Shown piece by piece: positions 21,732-31,792 of a DNA stretch of 64,000 nucleotides; within the stretch, counting starts at the first letter, position 1; every line of letters begins with the position of its first letter. The notes under the pieces were generated by a model. That model ran no database searches, had not been told where the DNA came from, and was given only the letters and a program-made list of their open reading frames with translations. A program made the position numbers and the translations under genes. Source of the stretch: Histomonas meleagridis 2922-C6/04-290x. Lineage: Eukaryota; Protista; Parabasalia. The DNA lies in the NCBI GenBank assembly GCA_020184695.1, contig JAANOX010000011.1, positions 496,001 through 560,000 on the forward strand. The letters run 5' to 3'.

Positions 21732-23046
21732 TTATATTTGCCACTTTTTAATATAACCGTCATTATCCGTTAATTTATCCAAATATCAGATGAAGAATTC
21801 ATTCATAAATGAATGAAGATATTTATATTTTCTCACTATTTTATGAAATTATTTACGATTATTTGTTGATAATGAGAATTGAGGCGTTCAACTCAAATGA
21901 TAATCTTAAGATAATTCATTTCATATTAATAATTAATATTTAAACTTGTAAATAATGTTTAATAAAAATACAATCAAACTTCGTTTTTTTTATAACATTG
22001 CACTACAAATTTTTTCCATGAATTTAATTAAAAATTGATTTACCACACCACAGGTGAATTTGACTCATCGAAAACAACAAATTTATTCCAAAATTACATT
22101 TGCACGAAATCTTTTATTTTTTTAACAAATTTTTATGCATTTAAATGCATAAAACGAAATACAAAAAAAATTCTAGTTTACTTTATATAATAATTGGTTC
22201 ATGTTTTATTTTTATTTTAAAATAATATTCATTTCATCCCTATAAAAATCCTTTCCAAAAAAATATTAACATTGATTGAAAATATGGAAAATTGGTGTAT
22301 ATGCACAATTACTTGGATGTATAATATTTTCACTTTCTTCTTGTCAAGTTTCATGTTCAAATTCAAAGAGTTTTTGAGTGAAATCTTTGGCATATCAGAT
22401 TTCGAAATTTAAGTGGCGATTGACTAAAATTTTAAAATTTATTGAAGTTCATTAACTATAAAAAATTTGATACGAAAGAAATAATTTGTTGATCGACATG
22501 ATTTCAAAATTGTACGAATTAGATAAAAAAGCCATTAAATTTATGTTATGTTCGTGAGTCTATATTAAATTATGGTATGAGTATACAAAACAAATTTGTT
22601 TATGGTGATTAAAGTAAAAATGAAAAATAAGGAAAGGTTCAGAATAAAAATAAGTTGAGTAATGATTGTAGTTATTGTTTGACCTGATAAAGCATTAAAC
22701 ATAACAAAATGTGCTGAAGCATTCATCTATTTTGCTGTTGAAATATGGCTGTAGTTTTTAAATTAAAAATTATATACAGATTGCTAAATCCAGAAAACAA
22801 TTTTAGAGGAATATTTCGTTGCTTATCGATAAGCAAATTCAATGGTAAAAAACTGTTTTCCACAGAAAAAAACCCATCGTCATTTCCAACAAGTCCGTTA
22901 AAAATGATCGATCATAATTCAGTCAAAAAGCAAGAACGATACAATAACCGTTTATCACAGAAACAATGAGGATCAATTTCCGCAGAATTTATTTGTAAAA
23001 AGTCCAGATTTTAAATTCAGTCAATTGCATTTCAAAAAGTTATTAG

Positions 23047-24237
23047 GTGAAGTGTACGGTATTTGCGATGTCATTTTCACATATGTCGAACCAAGGCTCA
23101 ATCCTCTTTACTCCAAAGCGCCTGGGAAAATTCACCATTGCAAATCGCTTTATGCGCTCTGCAACTTGGGAAGCTCTTGCTGATTCCGATGGAAATGGAT
23201 CCAAAAAGCTCTTTGATCTGATGGAAAACTTATCCAAAGGTGGTGTTGGCCTTATTGTCCCCGGTGCTGTTTGTTGCACAAAGAGTGGTTTTGGTTTAAT
23301 TCATCAATCTGGCATGTATACTACCAAACATTCTGAAGACTGGAAACCTGTTGTTGAAAAGATGCATAAAAATGGGTCCAAGGTTGTCTTCCAGGTCATT
23401 CATGGTGGTGCAGCTTGCACTGATCGATCATTGAATGGTAATAATCCACCATTTGTCCCAACAGCCTTCACCAAAGAACAGCACGAACTAACTAACGCTG
23501 AGATCGAAGAACTCATAGAGAACTTTGCCAATTCAGCCAAACTCTCATATCTTGCAGGTGCCGATGGAGTTCAATTCCATTGTGCTCATGGCTATCTTCT
23601 TTCATCCTTCATGTCACCGGCAACCAACCACCGTAAGGACAAATGGGGAGAAAATCGTCTCAGAATTCTTGAAGAAATTATATCAACAACTCGTGCACGT
23701 GTTCCAGAATCTTTCTCATTTTCGATCAAGTTTAATGTCAATGACTGCGTTCCCGGCGGTATTACTCCACATCTTGCATCTCAATATGTAGGTGCACTCA
23801 AATCAAAGCTTGATTTCTTTGAAATTTCATGTGGAATGGAAGCCAAATATATCATGCGTTCAAACTACAATGAAGATATAGCTGTTCGTGGTGTCAAGAA
23901 ATCTGATCGAGAAATGATCAAACAACAAATAATGGCAGCATACTCAGGAGTATCATTCCATGAAATATATAACTTTGAAGGTTATAAAGTTTTAAGAAAG
24001 GATCATCCTGAAGTACATTTTGCACTTGTTGGTGGAAATAGAGTATTTAGCGATATGGAACACTTGGTTGAAAGAGAAGGCGTTGATGTAGTATCAATGG
24101 CAAGACCATTTATATGCAATCCTAATCTTGTAAATGATTTTAGGGATAACAAGATTGACAAATCGGAATGCATAAGCTGTGGGTCATGTCTTTTCAATGT
24201 GGAGAAGGGCATCTATTGCCACTTACCTCGCAAGTAA
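23047..24237 (+). CDS. NADH:flavin oxidoreductase (old yellow enzyme family)
   Basis: NRFMRSATWE, GADGVQFHCAHGYLLSSFMSPATNHRKDKWG, SMARPFICNP and C-terminal CISCGSC. Confidence 0.93.
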   Translation: MKCTVFAMSFSHMSNQGSILFTPKRLGKFTIANRFMRSATWEALADSDGNGSKKLFDLMENLSKGGVGLIVPGAVCCTKSGFGLIHQSGMYTTKHSEDWKPVVEKMHKNGSKVVFQVIHGGAACTDRSLNGNNPPFVPTAFTKEQHELTNAEIEELIENFANSAKLSYLAGADGVQFHCAHGYLLSSFMSPATNHRKDKWGENRLRILEEIISTTRARVPESFSFSIKFNVNDCVPGGITPHLASQYVGALKSKLDFFEISCGMEAKYIMRSNYNEDIAVRGVKKSDREMIKQQIMAAYSGVSFHEIYNFEGYKVLRKDHPEVHFALVGGNRVFSDMEHLVEREGVDVVSMARPFICNPNLVNDFRDNKIDKSECISCGSCLFNVEKGIYCHLPRK

Positions 24238-25007
24238 AAACCAACTTCCGAAATTTTTTTAAAAGATTTTCTGTTATTTACAAAAAATGTCTCGAAACCG
24301 TTAAAACTGATTTAAGGGTTGACTCCATTGTAAAATTTGTGGGGGTTATTGAATTTTTTATCGAGGAGAAAAATTTATTTTTAAATTTTCTAAAAGATGT
24401 AGGAAAAATTTCAAAAAAACTAGCAAAAATCTGAGCTATTCATAAAATTTACAATGTAATTATAAAAACCTTGTTTTAAAATATGATGATTATTATCAAA
24501 AAAGGTTGGGACGAACATTTTGTCTCTCGTTTTCTCTATTAATATCAAATAACATGATATAAAAATTATGTTAATATATTCGATATATTGTGGAGTGCTT
24601 CGTTCTTTTCCTCATTTTTTTCAAATTTTCATTTATATGTCGAAATAACATCAAAAATATAAACTTTTGGAAAGTTCAAATGATTTCCCAAGGTAAAATT
24701 AATTTGAAACTATATGAAAAGTATCATACATATATGTGAAAGGCTCGTAAAAAATGATGAATTTATAAAAATTTACAAAACGGTAACCTCGTGATTCCGT
24801 TTGACAAGCAAAAAAAATGAAAATTTGCTGTTTTCCAAATTTTTTATAAATCTTAGAAATCGCGGTGGTTCATTGAAACCGATCTCAATTCAAAACGATC
24901 AATCTTAACACAAAAGGAAAATCGTCGTCATAAAAATACGATCTGTTTCAATTGAATTCCGACAGAAAAATTTCGATGGAGTTTAATGTCAAATTGACAC
25001 CGCTTGT

Positions 25008-25349
25008 ATGCTGTTCGTTTTATTCGTTTATAACTATTGCTATCTTTTACCTCCGATTGAACAAGCACGCAAGCGCCAACTATTGAAAGATGGCACCAAA
25101 TTAGCTCCCGAAGATGAAGAAGAAAATCACGATTTAGAACATAATTTTGAAGATGCTGGGCTTTGGTGTACGATAACCAACAAAATAGTGATGGAACAAT
25201 GTCTACCTATTCAAATGAATGTCAAACTTGCGATAAAGAACGCGGTAAATGCCCACTTCGATGTTACTTGGATTAAAGAGTTGAGTAAATCACGATTTAT
25301 TCTATTTTTAACACTGAGTATCATATTTCGATTATTATTTCGATATTGA
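25008..25349 (+). CDS. Short hypothetical ORF or gene fragment
   Basis: 113-aa ORF with a protein-like middle part; no family recognised. Confidence 0.3.
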   Translation: MLFVLFVYNYCYLLPPIEQARKRQLLKDGTKLAPEDEEENHDLEHNFEDAGLWCTITNKIVMEQCLPIQMNVKLAIKNAVNAHFDVTWIKELSKSRFILFLTLSIIFRLLFRY

Positions 25350-25559
25350 AAAAATATTATCAATAAACAATTATTATTTTTCAACTTTAGGCATAATGTT
25401 TTAAGTCTAATACATATAAAAAATATTTTGTGGAGATCGCTTAATTATTTGTTATAAGTGAAAGCATTTACAAAATGAAATAAATAATGTTTTTAATGAG
25501 AAATAATTAAACACAAATTATAAAAAAAACAAATGATGTCTTAGAAAACATTGCAACGA

Positions 25560-26400
25560 ATAGAATCTCTTTTATTTAAATTGAATAAAAATAATATTTC
25601 AGAAACAGCTGAAACAACAAAATCTGTTTTCATTTCGACTTATTTCTGGTCAAATAATTTATTGTTATTTTAAAACACTAAAACAAAATTTAGAAATAAT
25701 TTTTGGATTTTTTGAGCAATTCCAAAAAGCAGAAAAAAATAAAGAGAGACAAAATAATATCATTGACATTTTTGAAAATTTTCTTATTTATTTGGAAACA
25801 CAAGAATCAAAATATATTTTTTCAAAATTATATGAAAATAAGTTAAATGAAGAAAATATGATTACAAATAAAAATTCAATACAATTTATTCAATATAAAA
25901 CAAAAGATGAAATATTTCGAATGAATCCAAAACTTCAAAACAAAATAGAAGACAATATTAATGCTTTATTTCCGAAACAAAACACATATAATTATGAGGA
26001 ACTAACAAAGAATATATTAAAGAAGGAGTTAACAATGAACTTGCAAAAATAATTCGAAACAATGAAATCAAAAAACTTCAAAAAATATTATTAGATCATT
26101 TGAAACAGCACTTATATGTGCATCTCAAAATGGACACTTAGAAATAGTTAAATTACTTCTTCAACAGAAAGGAGTTAATATTAATGAAAAAGGTATTTAT
26201 TTGTTTTATTTAATTTTTAATTATTTCGTTTTTCGAAATAATATTTGGATGTTATTTAAATAATTTAGAGCAACAATTAATATTGCATCGAAAGAAGGAT
26301 ATACAGAAATAGTTAAATTCCTTTGTGTTCACAAAAGAAAATGAATTAATGCCAAGTTTCTATATATTTGATTAGTGCAAAACTTATGAATGTATCTAAT
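25560..26400 (+). pseudogene. Internally deleted DUF3447/ankyrin remnant carrying one intervening sequence (locus E)
   Basis: GVNNELAKIIRNNEIKKLQ and TALICASQNGHLEIVKLLLQQKGVNINEKG blocks, then a 75-nt spacer at 26195-26269 of the same family as loci B and C. Confidence 0.7.
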
Positions 26401-26579
26401 TGCAGCTGAAAATATAAATATATAAATAAATAACTTTCTGAAAAAATAATGCCAAGTTGATGATAATGTTAGAAAAGAATGAGTAAAATGAAATAAACCT
26501 ACGTAAATCCAGCTTCAACACATGATAATCATTATCAAAGATAAATGTTACTCATGGAAGACATCTTGAGCTTTCTCAC

Positions 26580-27120
26580 AAACGAGCGGAATTACTTCAA
26601 TTCCAGATCTAGCATTTTTAGGGTTTGATGATATGACTTATATAGCTCTATCAACGTATGTAATCCAAATTGGTTCTAGTGCATTTTATGACTGTTCTTC
26701 TTTAAATTCGATTAGTTTTAGCTATATCACATCAATAGGTTCAGAAGCATTTCATGGATGTCGTTCATTGCCAAATATTAATACAATTGGGCATTTCAAT
26801 ATCAAATATTAATTTAACTAATTTTTATACTGAATCTATAAATCATGCAAGAATAAGCAGACTTATTATTTTCAACGTTTCAAATATCGAACGTTCATTT
26901 TATGAAGCTAGTATATACAATCTTTCAATAGATGTTGGTTCATTTGGAGATTATGCATTATATCAATTAGGTTTACGTACAGTTACATTTAACAATGTTA
27001 AAACAATTGGAATATATGCATTTGCACAATGTGATAGCTTAGAAACACTTTCAATAACAGATGTGAATTCAATTGGAAGTCATGCATTTTATTTATGTCG
27101 ATATTTGAATCAATAACTTT
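26580..27120 (+). pseudogene. BspA-like LRR fragment
   Basis: ITSIPDLAF, IGSSAFYDCSSL, IGSEAFHGCRSL and IGIYAFAQCDSL in changing frames; no clean start. Confidence 0.7.
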
Positions 27121-27262
27121 AAATAATATTCAAAAAGTGAAACCGATACTTCCGATTTTTCCAGTTTAATCGAACCGTTCGATTCAAATCACCATCAAAA
27201 ATATTTTACAACCATTCAATTTTTTGTTGTTTTTACTAACAAACGACCAAATAGCGGAAAAG

Positions 27263-29272
27263 ATGTCTATAATCGCTTTGATCTTTGCTTTTCAAGCAAT
27301 TTTTGCACACGCAGATGATAAAAATCCTTCAGATGATAAAAATTCCAAAAAAACAGAGCCATTTAATTTTGAAACAGGAATACTTAAAATCTCAGCACAG
27401 AGTGATATAAGAAACAAATATAAAAATATTACCAAGCATATTATAATTAGCATCAAAGAAATTCCCATGCTGTCTTTCAAAGGTTGGCCGTCATTAATAT
27501 CTGTAAATATTAGCAATACAGTAAATTTACTAGACAGGGGTTGTTTTTCACGGTGCCATAATTTAGTTAGTGTTTTTCTTGGGGAGGGTGTTAAGTATAT
27601 AAGCACAAATGCATTTTATAAATGTTCATCATTAGCAAAAATTATAATTCCACACTCTGTTACAGGCATTGGTGATGAAGTATTTGGGAGCTGTATTTCG
27701 TTGAAAGAAATTACCATTCCATCATCGATCGATGTTCTATCTAATTTTGCGTTTAGTTTATGCACGAATTTAACAACAGTTATAATTGAAAGTGGTGTTC
27801 GAATCATTGGTGTCTGTGCATTTTATAAGTGTATAAGTCTTGAGAAAGTTATAATTAGCGAAGGAATAACAATCATTGGCATAGAAGCATTTCGTGAGTG
27901 TGCTAAACTTAATAATGTTAAAATTCCTGATTCTACTATAACACTTTATAACTTATCATTTTCAGGATGTAAATCATTACGAAATATTACATTAGGTAAA
28001 AACATAAAATCAATTCAAGATGAAGCATTTCGTTCGTCATCAATTATAAATATTATTATACCTAATTCAGTTACTTATATTGGATCAAGAGTATTTTATG
28101 AATGCCAAAATTTAACAAATGTTATTTTAGGTGAAAATGTAACAACTATTGGTGAATCGGCATTTAATAATTGTACTTCATTATGTAACATAACAATTCC
28201 AAGTTCAGTTACATCGATTGCATCAAATTCTTTTCTATTTTGTAATAAATTAAATTATATTAAAGTCTCTAAAAATAATAAAATTTACACGAATTATGAA
28301 AATGATGGAATTGTTTATGATAAAAACATTACAACAATCTTTTTTTATCCAATTGGAAGAATTAATAATATTTATAAAATCCCAAATTCGATTACTAAAA
28401 TAGGAAATTATTCATTTTCTACATGTAATAATTTAATGTATATTGATTTTAATAATAACATTCAAACAATTGGCGCATCTTCGTTTTATCTTTGTAATAA
28501 AATTAGAAAAGTTACAATTCCTTCATCAGTTATAACTATTGAAGGATATTCTTTTTCATGTATGAAGAATCTTGAAGATGTTTTACTTGGAGAAAATGTA
28601 CAAAAAATTGGTAAAAATGTGTTTTCTTCATGTGAAAATTTAAAGAATTTAATCATTCCGAAATCGGTGAAAAATATTTCGATTAATCCATTTCAAAATT
28701 GTCAAAGAATTGAAAACATTTTTGTATCAAAAGAAAATGAGTTTTATTCTAATTATAAAGACGATGGAGTTCTTTATGATAAAAATATAACAATGTTAAT
28801 AAGTTATCCTTGTGGTAATACATTAAAAGATTATGTTGTGCCAAATACAATTGAGGTAATTGAGTCTGAGGCTTTTTATTCTTGTTATAATTTGGAATCT
28901 ATTCGAATTAATGATAATATTAAAACTATAAAATATTTGGCGTTTTATCAAGATTTTAATCTACATTGCATTTATTATAATGGAAATAATATTAACGTTA
29001 TTAATAAATTATCTTTTGTTTTCGTTACTGCTGATGTTATAAGTGAAAATGAAATTGTGAAAAGTATAGATAAAAAAGATGAAAATTTCCATTGTAAAAT
29101 TGATGTTGTGGTAATTAATTTAAAAAATGGAATGGAATTTTTAATTGGTGTGTCACTTATTCCAGTAATAATATTTATTCCATACTTGGCTTCTTTATGT
29201 AGAAAAAGAACAGATGATTTTAAATTAATAATCGATACTGATGAAACAAATGAACCTTTCGAATATTCTTAA
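27263..29272 (+). CDS. BspA-like leucine-rich-repeat surface protein
   Basis: Many TpLRR repeats (IPxSVTxIGxxAFxxCxSL), a signal peptide from ATG 27263 and a C-terminal TM helix. Confidence 0.93.
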   Translation: MSIIALIFAFQAIFAHADDKNPSDDKNSKKTEPFNFETGILKISAQSDIRNKYKNITKHIIISIKEIPMLSFKGWPSLISVNISNTVNLLDRGCFSRCHNLVSVFLGEGVKYISTNAFYKCSSLAKIIIPHSVTGIGDEVFGSCISLKEITIPSSIDVLSNFAFSLCTNLTTVIIESGVRIIGVCAFYKCISLEKVIISEGITIIGIEAFRECAKLNNVKIPDSTITLYNLSFSGCKSLRNITLGKNIKSIQDEAFRSSSIINIIIPNSVTYIGSRVFYECQNLTNVILGENVTTIGESAFNNCTSLCNITIPSSVTSIASNSFLFCNKLNYIKVSKNNKIYTNYENDGIVYDKNITTIFFYPIGRINNIYKIPNSITKIGNYSFSTCNNLMYIDFNNNIQTIGASSFYLCNKIRKVTIPSSVITIEGYSFSCMKNLEDVLLGENVQKIGKNVFSSCENLKNLIIPKSVKNISINPFQNCQRIENIFVSKENEFYSNYKDDGVLYDKNITMLISYPCGNTLKDYVVPNTIEVIESEAFYSCYNLESIRINDNIKTIKYLAFYQDFNLHCIYYNGNNINVINKLSFVFVTADVISENEIVKSIDKKDENFHCKIDVVVINLKNGMEFLIGVSLIPVIIFIPYLASLCRKRTDDFKLIIDTDETNEPFEYS

Positions 29273-29749
29273 ATAAACTTTAGTTACTATCATCTTTTGT
29301 TAGGAAAATATTTAGAAATGAAAACGATATAAAAAAGTAATTATTTGTCGATTTAATTTAATACTTCTTTTGTTAAATTAAAATAAATTTTAAAATACTA
29401 ATGATAAAAAACCATAATAAATGTTTCTTATATTAGAAAAAAAATTCTTATGAAGCCAAAAATTAATTATCAAATGTTTGAAAGATTTTCATAATGAAAG
29501 CATTGTTGATATGTTTCAAGTTGTAAATGTCTTTGAAGCAAATGATTTTAAATATAATAATAATTATTTTTTTATGAAAAACTATTTTTCAAGAGAATTT
29601 AAAAAATGATTAAAGATGGTTTCACAGATAGGATATTTTGCTATATTTTTTAAAGAATTTTCATCTTTGTTTTTTAATTATTAATAAAAAAATAAAACAC
29701 TTTTGAAAATGGTAATTAAGATAGCCCAAAGGATGCATGTTTAGTCATT

Positions 29750-29905
29750 TTAAATATTAAGCTTCCTACGTCTCCAATGACGGCGCATTGGGTTTTGAAC
29801 ATGGCGAACACCAGTCATTTGTCTAATGAATTGTGGCATTGGGCGATTTTGCTTGATCTTTTTTGCGAGAATTCGCTTCATGCGCAATGTCTTGTGTGCA
29901 GTCAT
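29750..29905 (-). CDS. RPL39: 60S ribosomal protein L39 (eL39)
   Basis: [28 protein letters not shown]...[11 protein letters not shown], 51 aa from ATG 29905. Confidence 0.95.
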   Translation of the reverse strand: MTAHKTLRMKRILAKKIKQNRPMPQFIRQMTGVRHVQNPMRRHWRRRKLNI

Positions 29906-29985
29906 TCTCCAAAAGGAAGGACCAAACCGCAATTTTAATTCAATTTCAGCAAAAGATTTACAAAAAGTGCGTAAAAATCAGAAGT

Positions 29986-30369
29986 TTACTTTCGGCGGCG
30001 AACGTTGTCTCTTAAAACAACACCTTCCATATTGTCAAGGCCAATAGCAGCAAGCATAGCTTTGGTGTCAGCATCAACGCTGATTGTTGGTTGATCGAGT
30101 TGTGAAACCTTTGGCATCCAGTTATCACGCTTTTCACGTTCTTCTTCTTGAAGCTTGAATGAAATACCACGAACTGGTCCACGTTCAAGACGGCGCATTA
30201 AGTGTGTAACATATCCTGCAATCTTGTTCCTCATTCTTTTTGATGGAATTGTTGCGACTTCATCACAAACACGTTTGTTGTCTTGAAAGTCAAAGCTAAG
30301 TTGACCATAAAAACGTTCGATAATAAGACGAGAAGCTCTTTTTGTTGTCTTTGTTCTGATACGACCCAT
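29986..30369 (-). CDS. RPS17: 40S ribosomal protein S17 (eS17)
   Basis: [21 protein letters not shown]...[33 protein letters not shown]. Confidence 0.97.
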   Translation of the reverse strand: MGRIRTKTTKRASRLIIERFYGQLSFDFQDNKRVCDEVATIPSKRMRNKIAGYVTHLMRRLERGPVRGISFKLQEEEREKRDNWMPKVSQLDQPTISVDADTKAMLAAIGLDNMEGVVLRDNVRRRK

Positions 30370-30445
30370 TTTGCAAAAGGCACAGCCACAACGGTTTTTT
30401 GTGAACTTTTGTCACTTTTACTTGTTTGAATAATTTACATGTAAT

Positions 30446-31210
30446 ATGAGTTCCAAATTCAATGCGGTGCAAGTAGTTGATTTTTCGCAACCAAAACCAG
30501 AAAACGCAATACGTATTTTTTGTTTTTCAGATAGTCATGGAAAACATTTCGAAATCCCAAAAGAATATATTGTTCCTGCCGATATTGGAATCATGTGCGG
30601 CGATTTTACGGCTTATGGGAATGTAGATGATGTAGATAGCTTTCGCGATTGGTACTTGCAACAACCATTTAAATATAGAGTGGTTATTGCTGGAAATCAT
30701 GAACTTACATTTGATGAAGTAAATCGTGATGATATAATTCAACGGTATCTGCCATATTTTAAAGTTCCTGTTGAAACAATTAAATCTCACATTTATCATG
30801 ATGGAATAATTTATGTTGAGCATGATACAATTGAATTGATGGGGTTAAAAATATTCTGCTCACCTTATACTCCATTTTTTTACAACTGGGCGTTTCCACT
30901 TCCTGATCTTGAAGGAACAGTATGGAAATCAATTCAACCACAAACAGATATTATTGTGACACATGGTCCACCAATCGGAATATTAGACACTGTTTCGCGA
31001 GAACTTGATGGACCTGTTCCAAGAGAAGGTGATGAATTTCTCAAAAAAAAAGTTTTTGAAATTCGTCCAGCAATACATATCTTTGGTCATATACATGAAT
31101 CCTATGGAATTCAAGTCCATGACTCTATTGTGTTTGCAAATGTTTCTGTGATGAATCGTTCTTATCAGGTTGTTAATCAACCTTTGGTATTTGATCATAT
31201 ACCAAAATAA
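30446..31210 (+). CDS. Calcineurin-like metallophosphoesterase (MPPED-like)
   Basis: SDSHG, CGDFT, IAGNHE, VTHGPP and FGHIHE. Confidence 0.92.
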   Translation: MSSKFNAVQVVDFSQPKPENAIRIFCFSDSHGKHFEIPKEYIVPADIGIMCGDFTAYGNVDDVDSFRDWYLQQPFKYRVVIAGNHELTFDEVNRDDIIQRYLPYFKVPVETIKSHIYHDGIIYVEHDTIELMGLKIFCSPYTPFFYNWAFPLPDLEGTVWKSIQPQTDIIVTHGPPIGILDTVSRELDGPVPREGDEFLKKKVFEIRPAIHIFGHIHESYGIQVHDSIVFANVSVMNRSYQVVNQPLVFDHIPK

Positions 31211-31792
31211 AAAATTGATTTTTTTATTAATTTTACGCTTTATGCACTGCTTAGTAAAAAAAAAAATCAGATAAAAATATTAGATGATTAAATAGGCTGA
31301 ACATTTTTTTTCTCTTACGGTGTATTTTGTCGTGTCTTCGAAAAACACATAAAGAGTTGAAATTTTTTACAAAAAGTTCAAACAGCAAACAACATAAATA
31401 ACTTACTGCAATATGTTTCATTCAACAATTCTCCTAGAAACATTAATATGCTGAAAAAAATTTCATTTCTAGAAAATTGGTAATCTCATGTTTTTATTCA
31501 AAAATAACTGTAATCTTTCAAATCCATATTATATAGATTTTGAAAATGGCAATATGGCACGATTGCCCCTTGTCGAAAGAGTCTAGTTTAATCAATGAAA
31601 ATTATATTATGATGCGATATACCAAATCCATTATTAATCATAATCATTGCCCATTGTTAGTTAACTCTCTTTTTTGAAATCAATCCGACCGTTTATTTAT
31701 CCGATCATTGAAAATTGATTTAAAAACGATCATAGACTCATATTTTAGGTAAAAAAACAAAACGCATTCTTCCGGAAACAAAAACAAAATAA

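Noticed and set aside
22745-22969. 74-aa ORF in the long intergenic region before the OYE gene
   Set aside because: No motif or codon signal; consistent with a chance ORF in AT-rich DNA.
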